64,000 nucleotides of DNA from a virus, in IMG/VR virus record IMGVR_UViG_3300008448_000063, positions 5,182 through 69,181 of that record; one strand, given 5' to 3'. The notes under the pieces were generated by a model. That model made no database searches, was not told where the DNA came from, and was given only the letters and a program-made list of their open reading frames with translations. The position numbers were made by a program, and so were the translations under genes. Positions 59,406 through 64,000 of this stretch are shown here, in pieces; positions within the stretch are counted from its first letter, which is position 1, and the number at the start of each line of letters is the position of its first letter.

Positions 59406-59471
59406 ACATGTATGGTAGCACAGATTTCGTGATTTTGCAAGCACTATTGTGCCACTTCTACATCTGGCACA
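59403..59471 (-). promoter_or_regulatory. Early composite promoter, copy 3 (leaderless)
   Basis: TGTGCCAGA-N6-AGTGGCACA, TTGCAA-17-TACCAT-ACATGT-ATG. Confidence 0.85.
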
Positions 59472-59674
59472 TCAGTATCAACCACATCCATAGTTTTGAG
59501 GATAATGGTATCAAGTTTGTCTAGAACAGTTAGGATAACTTGCCTGACCTTATCTGTTCCATTGTTCTCATTGAAACTCCGCACTGCAAATGTAACAACT
59601 CCCACAATGATTGCGGAAATAGTTGCAACATTCAGAACCAGAGTTTTGTAGAAGTTTTGGTAGTATTCTTGCAT
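59444..59674 (-). CDS. Small membrane protein
   Basis: One hydrophobic helix, LVLNVATISAIIVGVVTFAV. Confidence 0.65.
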   Translation of the reverse strand: MQEYYQNFYKTLVLNVATISAIIVGVVTFAVRSFNENNGTDKVRQVILTVLDKLDTIILKTMDVVDTDVPDVEVAQ

Positions 59675-59758
59675 GAGTTTATGTCAATTAGTGTGTTGTT
59701 CATTGTTATCAACATCATCATGATGGTTCTTGATAACATGAAGTGATGAATAATGGGA

Positions 59759-60229
59759 TCATTTATCACCATAACTTGCCCAGAAATCATCATTATGGGA
59801 TGGACGAATGCAGTCTACACCATGATCACGAATAACTGCAGCATTGTATGGAGAATCATCAACCCAGAATTGAATATCCCAGAACCTACAAATGTCCATC
59901 AGTTGTTGACCCTTACACTGTGAACCAGTTGCATCATCATCTGCATTTTTCATGTAGAGAGCATCAAACTCTGGCAAATGTTGCTGCAACCAGTATGCTG
60001 TGCCCTCTGCATAAGTATCAGGACGTGCAGTTGCAATGACTAGATCAAATCCCTGAGATTTGCAATACTTGGCAACATCAACAACAGCATCAATAGCAGG
60101 GAATTGATCACACTCATCAAACCCAGACTGTGAACCATGATGACACAGAGTTGCATCTAGATCGAATACAACGCACTTAGGGTTGGAAACGTTGTAGATG
60201 ACTTTAGAAAAGGATTTTGTTTTTTGCAT
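59759..60229 (-). CDS. HAD-family phosphatase, like the T4 PNK (PseT) 3'-phosphatase domain
   Basis: Motif I VFDLDATL, motif II ATARPD, motif III K, motif IV VDDS; leaderless start MQKTK. Confidence 0.8.
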   Translation of the reverse strand: MQKTKSFSKVIYNVSNPKCVVFDLDATLCHHGSQSGFDECDQFPAIDAVVDVAKYCKSQGFDLVIATARPDTYAEGTAYWLQQHLPEFDALYMKNADDDATGSQCKGQQLMDICRFWDIQFWVDDSPYNAAVIRDHGVDCIRPSHNDDFWASYGDK

Positions 60230-60294
60230 GAGTGTATTATAGGGCATTTTCAAGGATTTGTCAAGTGATTTGTGCCACTAGTACATGTGGCACA
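60227..60294 (-). promoter_or_regulatory. Early composite promoter, copy 4 (leaderless, consensus sigma70)
   Basis: TGTGCCACA-N6-AGTGGCACA, TTGACA-17-TATAAT-ACACTC-ATG. Confidence 0.88.
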
Positions 60295-60302
60295 TGCTAT
60301 CA

Positions 60303-60443
60303 CTAATTGGACTCAATTTGTGATAGTTGTGTGTTGAGTTGCTGTGCATGAGTTTGTACAATGTTAAGACCAACATTTAGAATGTTAGCAATACCATTGA
60401 ACCCAACAGTTGCAACAATCAAACCAGCAAAAAAGAGTTTCAT
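60303..60443 (-). CDS. 46-aa putative membrane protein (MKLFFAGLIVATVGFNGIANIL...)
   Basis: Hand-translated; hydrophobic N-terminus. Confidence 0.55.
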   Translation of the reverse strand: MKLFFAGLIVATVGFNGIANILNVGLNIVQTHAQQLNTQLSQIESN

Positions 60444-60449
60444 ACTCAA

Positions 60450-60689
60450 TCAATACAGAACAGAGAAAGAACCACAGAACTTACGAACCCACATTAGGGT
60501 ATCATAATGACTGCGAGGTTTAGACATTACCATGCTCTTGTTAGTAACAGGATTGAGAGCAATGGCAACATATTTGTGGTCACATTCTTGCCATTCAGGT
60601 GTAACTTGCTGAATGAACATTTGATTTACTTTGCCTTCCTTCCAGTTGTTGACATAGTGGAAGACTTCAGAGGTGTTTTGATTTTTCAT
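60450..60689 (-). CDS. Hypothetical early protein
   Basis: Leaderless start MKNQNTSEV. Confidence 0.7.
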   Translation of the reverse strand: MKNQNTSEVFHYVNNWKEGKVNQMFIQQVTPEWQECDHKYVAIALNPVTNKSMVMSKPRSHYDTLMWVRKFCGSFSVLY

Positions 60690-60754
60690 ACATGTATGAT
60701 ACCACGGATTTGGGCATTTGCGAAAATATACCGACCACTTCTACAACTGGCACA
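60687..60754 (-). promoter_or_regulatory. Early composite promoter, copy 5 (leaderless)
   Basis: TGTGCCAGT-N6-AGTGGTCGG, TTCGCA-17-TATCAT-ACATGT-ATG. Confidence 0.8.
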
Positions 60755-60788
60755 TGGTATCATTGAAATGCCACATATTTGTGTTAAA

Positions 60789-60862
60789 AGCTAGTGACAA
60801 GACTTGAACTTGCGACCTGAGCTTTACAAAAGCCCTGCTCTATCCAACTGAGCTACACTAGC
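60789..60862 (-). tRNA. trnT: tRNA-Thr(UGU), CCA not encoded
   Basis: GCTAGTG/CACTAGC acceptor stem, AGCTCAGTTGGATAGAGC D-arm, GGGCT-TT-TGT-AA-AGCTC anticodon arm, GTTCAAG T-loop. Confidence 0.93.
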
Positions 60863-60873
60863 AAAAAATCTAT

Positions 60874-61179
60874 TTAGTTATCATTTGCAAACCTAATGAG
60901 CAACCAAATAACTAATGCAATACCACCAAAGATAAGAATATATTTCCAGGCAGCAATAGCAAATACAATGACTGCAAGCACAAGCATACCTGCACCATCA
61001 AATCCTCCACCTGAGGAATAATCATCGTCATCACTTACTTCATGCAAATTGATGATTTGTTCTGCACCATAAACTCTCTCTAGTTGTGATTTTGCACCAT
61101 TCCAAGTGTTTGCTTGGACTTCTAGATCTTGATAACCAACCTCAGAACCTAACCAGCATTGTGCACGCCAAGTTGCCAT
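60874..61179 (-). CDS. Membrane protein with two C-terminal TM helices
   Basis: Soluble N-terminal domain followed by GMLVLAVIVFAIAAW and ILIFGGIALVIWLLI. Confidence 0.7.
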   Translation of the reverse strand: MATWRAQCWLGSEVGYQDLEVQANTWNGAKSQLERVYGAEQIINLHEVSDDDDYSSGGGFDGAGMLVLAVIVFAIAAWKYILIFGGIALVIWLLIRFANDN

Positions 61180-61181
61180 GA

Positions 61182-61895
61182 TCAGTTACCTTTGTTGTTA
61201 TAGTCTACAATATATTGCTTGAGAGTGTCAACATAATCATCAGGATTCTTGATAAACACTTGAGTTTCACCAGAGTGACAAGAAACAAGAGTTACAATTT
61301 GAGTAACTTTCTTACCAGTCATTTCTTCATACATTTTAGCATAACCTGTCTCCTGTACAAAATACCCAAGGATTTGAGATTCATACTTTGGTTTAGAAGA
61401 ACTCTTGAAGTCAATAATAGACAACTGACCATCAAACTCAGCAATACAGTCTACACGACCTGCAATGCCAAGTTGTTCAGAATACAGTGCACATTCTTGA
61501 TAGTGAACATTGTTAATCCTATCAAGAAGATGTTGAAATTGATTGAACAATTTCAGAGCAACTTCATAATTCTCATTGCCTTCATATTCTGAAAAGTCAA
61601 TAGAATTATCCACATATTGCTCAACAATACTGTGGAACTTAGTGCCATTAGTTGATGCAAACTGACTGATCTTGTTTGCTACATCAGCACCAACACGTTC
61701 CCTCCATTCAGCAATAGATTTGCGATTCTGATAGGAAGTAACACTAGTGATAGAAGGCAACAGTTTACCATTCACCACATACTTACGAGAACCATCTACA
61801 GTTTGAGTAGGAATGTCTGCAAGTTTAGGCAGATTGAGGTGATGAAAGGGTTGAGAAATGGTAAGCATGTTGTTGTTAATGTTGTTAATGATCAA
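61182..61895 (-). CDS. PD-(D/E)XK exonuclease (cyanophage exonuclease A / Cas4-like; start may be 61868)
   Basis: LPSITSV, GTKFH, E..LYS, AGRVDCIAEFDG, IIDFKSS, Q...YAKMYEE. Confidence 0.85.
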   Translation of the reverse strand: MIINNINNNMLTISQPFHHLNLPKLADIPTQTVDGSRKYVVNGKLLPSITSVTSYQNRKSIAEWRERVGADVANKISQFASTNGTKFHSIVEQYVDNSIDFSEYEGNENYEVALKLFNQFQHLLDRINNVHYQECALYSEQLGIAGRVDCIAEFDGQLSIIDFKSSSKPKYESQILGYFVQETGYAKMYEEMTGKKVTQIVTLVSCHSGETQVFIKNPDDYVDTLKQYIVDYNNKGN

Positions 61896-62041
61896 AGGAA
61901 CTCAGCAATATAATAGTCAACAGTAATTTCTAATTCTGCTGCTTTAGATTCAAGTTCCATGGCATATTCATCTGCCATTTGTGCATCTGCATGATCACAA
62001 AAGAGATCAAGAGTGGAGTCAGTCATAAATTTATCTTTCAT
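61892..62041 (-). CDS. 49-aa acidic early protein (ELESKAAELEITVDYYIAEFL)
   Basis: Leaderless start MKDKFM. Confidence 0.7.
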   Translation of the reverse strand: MKDKFMTDSTLDLFCDHADAQMADEYAMELESKAAELEITVDYYIAEFL

Positions 62042-62106
62042 ACATGTATGATACCATAGATTCACAAGAAAGTCAAGCATAAGTGGTCAGTTCTACAAGT
62101 GTCACA
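62039..62106 (-). promoter_or_regulatory. Early composite promoter, copy 6 (leaderless)
   Basis: TGTGACACT-N6-ACTGACCAC, TTGACT-17-TATCAT-ACATGT-ATG. Confidence 0.83.
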
Positions 62107-62221
62107 TGGTATAGGTGTGGGGATCAATTCTCTGCAAATCTTGTTTCATTTGGTGGTCAGCATTTAGACTCACAAGAGCACCAATAGCAAGGCACAGAAT
62201 ACAAAAAACTGATGCTTTCAT
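62102..62221 (-). CDS. 39-aa putative membrane/secreted peptide (MKASVFCILCLAIGALVSLNA...)
   Basis: Hand-translated; ATGA overlap with the upstream stop. Confidence 0.55.
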   Translation of the reverse strand: MKASVFCILCLAIGALVSLNADHQMKQDLQRIDPHTYTM

Positions 62222-62388
62222 TCTTCTTCATAAGGGAACATTTCATCATACTCTTCATCAGTCAAAGTAAGATACTGAACATTAGCATTTTTATGCTCTT
62301 CAGCATACATTAACTGATAATGTGCGAAGTTTGAGGAACTGGTGCTAGCATATTCTAGCAGACCATCAACAAAACAAAGGTAGTTCAT
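62218..62388 (-). CDS. 56-aa acidic hypothetical protein (MNYLCFVDGLLEYA...)
   Basis: Start reassigned to overlap the upstream stop (ATGA). Confidence 0.6.
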   Translation of the reverse strand: MNYLCFVDGLLEYASTSSSNFAHYQLMYAEEHKNANVQYLTLTDEEYDEMFPYEEE

Positions 62389-62801
62389 TTGTAAAGATAT
62401 CCACCTGCCCAATCTGCACGTTTGTACATTTGAACACAAGATTGTTCATCAAGAAGATTATACCTTATGCCCTTTGCAGGTGATTGCCAAGATGCAGATT
62501 TGTACACATCACCAGTATTCAAATCAACAAAGGCATGTGCACTGCGTTGCTTACTAGGACCAGCAAGATGAACAATCTTAGCATACTTTTTGCCTTTGAT
62601 GTAAGTATATTCATCCACACCTTCACCCTCACAGAGTTTATCAATCTGTTGCTGGTGATAGTCTACATTCTCACCTTTATCAATATATTCTCTGTGGCGA
62701 GCAATAGCAGTAGATTGAAAGTTAGTGCGAAGAACATCACAGAACTGCTCAATCTTGTCAATAATGTTTTCGGTTGTCAAATTTGTGTTTTGATTTTTCA
62801 T
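62385..62801 (-). CDS. Conserved phage early hypothetical protein (AFVDxxTGDVYKxASW family)
   Basis: GKKYAKIV, SAHAFVDLNTGDVYKSASWQSPAKGIRYNL; leaderless start MKNQNTNL. Confidence 0.8.
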   Translation of the reverse strand: MKNQNTNLTTENIIDKIEQFCDVLRTNFQSTAIARHREYIDKGENVDYHQQQIDKLCEGEGVDEYTYIKGKKYAKIVHLAGPSKQRSAHAFVDLNTGDVYKSASWQSPAKGIRYNLLDEQSCVQMYKRADWAGGYLYK

Positions 62802-62866
62802 ACATGTATGATAGCACAAGAATCAGCAAAAGTCAAGGGGTTGTGGACACTTGCTCAACTGTCACA
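62799..62866 (-). promoter_or_regulatory. Early composite promoter, copy 7 (leaderless)
   Basis: TGTGACAGT-N6-AGTGTCCAC, TTGACT-17-TATCAT-ACATGT-ATG. Confidence 0.85.
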
Positions 62867-63023
62867 TTCTCAGGTGCTCTCTACAATATACAAATCTATT
62901 CCATTCTTCATCTGTAAAATTATCACTTGCATAAGGTATGCCTACAACATAAGCACAAAACTTATTGATCTCTTCTGATTGTTGAGAGGAAGAAATCATA
63001 ACAGATGCAAGAAGTTCAAGCAT
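62862..63023 (-). CDS. 53-aa hypothetical protein (MLELLASVMISSSQQSEEINKFCAYVVGIPYASDNF...)
   Basis: Hand-translated; TAATG coupling to the upstream stop. Confidence 0.6.
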   Translation of the reverse strand: MLELLASVMISSSQQSEEINKFCAYVVGIPYASDNFTDEEWNRFVYCREHLRM

Positions 63024-63235
63024 TAGTATCTTTGAGGAATGTTACAGTGTGATGGTGGGTCATAATCAGACCCATCATCAAAGGATGATTTAGTGTCTGA
63101 TATTTCAATTGCTTTCCATAACATATAATTCAAATCTCTAATGATTTGAGATAAATTATCATCTGTTTTTCCAAGTAAAGCATCATCAATTCTTTCAAAT
63201 GCTGCTTGTGTTTGTATTGTGTGATTATACGTCAT
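63023..63235 (-). CDS. Hypothetical protein
   Basis: ORF track; coupled to neighbours. Confidence 0.6.
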   Translation of the reverse strand: MTYNHTIQTQAAFERIDDALLGKTDDNLSQIIRDLNYMLWKAIEISDTKSSFDDGSDYDPPSHCNIPQRY

Positions 63236-63357
63236 TTGATATTATATTTTTCTTTTAGTGCTTGTAATACTTGTTTGCGTGCTTTTAGTTTTCCTTTGCA
63301 AGTTCCTTTTGTATTCTTTTGTTTTCCTGAGTTGTGTATCCAATTTGGAGTAGTCAT
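63232..63357 (-). CDS. 41-aa basic hypothetical protein (MTTPNWIHNSGKQKNTKGTCKGKLKARKQ...)
   Basis: Hand-translated; directly downstream of tRNA-Arg. Confidence 0.6.
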   Translation of the reverse strand: MTTPNWIHNSGKQKNTKGTCKGKLKARKQVLQALKEKYNIK

Positions 63358-63373
63358 TGTTTTACAGTTAGAA

Positions 63374-63446
63374 CAGGCACAGAGGGACTCGAACCCCCAA
63401 TCAACTGCTTAGAAGGCAGTGGCATTATCCATTATGCTATGTGCCC
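63374..63446 (-). tRNA. trnR: tRNA-Arg(UCU), CCA not encoded
   Basis: GGGCACA/TGTGCCT acceptor stem, ACTGC-CT-TCT-AA-GCAGT anticodon arm, GGTTCGAGTCC T-arm. Confidence 0.93.
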
Positions 63447-63477
63447 AAGAAGGGGGCAACAATGCCCCTATTTATGA

Positions 63478-63630
63478 TCAGAACTCAATAAACTCTGAAG
63501 TAGGTTGAGCACCTACATTTTCAGTGTCAGTATTATCACTATCAGCACCAGTGATAGCATCAAGAATCTGAAGAATCTCATTGCCAGTTTGACCACGACG
63601 CAGAGCAGAAACCATCAGATCAGCAGACAT
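63478..63630 (-). CDS. 50-aa acidic protein (GNEILQILDA family, C-terminus SEFIEF)
   Basis: Hand-translated MSADLMVSALRRGQTGNEILQILDAITGADSD...; paralog of 58153-58365; followed by a GGGGCA/TGCCCC hairpin. Confidence 0.7.
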   Translation of the reverse strand: MSADLMVSALRRGQTGNEILQILDAITGADSDNTDTENVGAQPTSEFIEF

Positions 63631-63692
63631 AATAAAGAAAGTGGTAAGTTAACAAAGTTGTGTAACTTTTAGGGCAAACACATTCCCATCAA

Positions 63693-63830
63693 TCAATCAG
63701 TGAGACCTATTTGTACATCTTCATCTTCATCAGGGAGATTATAGATGAGTTGATAATAGTCATCATAATCAACACCAAGATAGGTTGCAAAATATTCTAA
63801 ATCATCATGCAATTTACAAGTGTCAATCAT
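63693..63830 (-). CDS. 45-aa acidic hypothetical protein (MIDTCKLHDDLEYFATYLGVDYDDYY...)
   Basis: Hand-translated; AAGGA RBS; downstream of promoter copy 8. Confidence 0.6.
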   Translation of the reverse strand: MIDTCKLHDDLEYFATYLGVDYDDYYQLIYNLPDEDEDVQIGLTD

Positions 63831-63854
63831 TGTTCCTTAACTGTTGATGAATAC

Positions 63855-63913
63855 ATCATAGCACATAAACTCAGATTTGGGGAGTGTTATGTGCCACTTG
63901 TACAGGTGTCACT
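63855..63913 (-). promoter_or_regulatory. Early composite promoter, copy 8
   Basis: AGTGACACC-N6-AGTGGCACA, then TGTGC-TATGAT; no clear -35. Confidence 0.7.
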
Positions 63914-63999
63914 TGCTGTGCTTTAAGAACCACAAATGGGTCTCCAATGAGTAGGATTGCACAGAGAAAGATGCCTTTCCAAACTTTATCAGACATCAT
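63871..63999 (-). CDS. Small membrane peptide (MMSDKVWKGIFLCAILLIG...); may start beyond the window
   Basis: Hand-translated; C-terminus VTPVQVAH is encoded by the promoter dyad. Confidence 0.45.
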   Translation of the reverse strand: MMSDKVWKGIFLCAILLIGDPFVVLKAQQVTPVQVAHNTPQI

Positions 64000-64000
64000 A

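Noticed and set aside
59705-59737. Inverted repeat GTTATCAA...TTGATAAC as a novel ncRNA
   Set aside because: Single AT-rich intergenic hairpin with no second copy; most simply an mRNA processing or stability stem
61182-61895. Bona fide CRISPR Cas4
   Set aside because: Lacks the four-cysteine Fe-S cluster pattern and has no cas context; better described as a phage PD-(D/E)XK exonuclease
57750-62819. Longer N-termini given by the ORF track (e.g. ...LCYHTCM...)
   Set aside because: The recurring CYHTCM/WYHTCM peptide is the translated promoter repeat; true starts lie at or after the -10 box
58113-63913. Early dyad as a CRP (TGTGA-N6-TCACA) or NtcA (GTA-N8-TAC) site
   Set aside because: Outer TGTGN/NCACA half-sites are 14 bp apart, not 6, and the NtcA pattern is not consistently present

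Overview
A 64-kb segment of a T4-like (myovirus) cyanophage genome, AT-rich and visibly depleted in CG dinucleotides. Essentially all genes are on the minus strand, so transcription reads right to left through four blocks. (i) An early/host-takeover region (~57.2-64 kb) of small ORFs with tRNA-Thr(UGU), tRNA-Arg(UCU), an ArdA-like DNA mimic, a HAD 3'-phosphatase and a PD-(D/E)XK exonuclease. It is driven by at least 8 copies of one composite promoter (24-bp dyad + -35 + extended -10), six of which appear to make leaderless mRNAs. (ii) A ~430-bp non-coding junction with ten DnaA-box matches and divergent sigma70 promoters. (iii) The virion module: gp25, gp6, split gp7, gp8, a large baseplate/tail protein, gp13-gp23 and gp3. 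(iv) The recombination/replication module: uvsY, uvsW, gp55, gp47, gp46, gp45, gp44, dam, gp62, regA, hsp20 and gp43 (which runs off the left edge). The best candidates for undescribed biology are the cyanobacterial-type DnaA-box array, a late-expressed nucleotidyltransferase with a T4-type capsid-targeting sequence, a 61-bp tandem hairpin element, and antisense promoters at module boundaries. All calls come from reading motifs by eye; no database searches were run.
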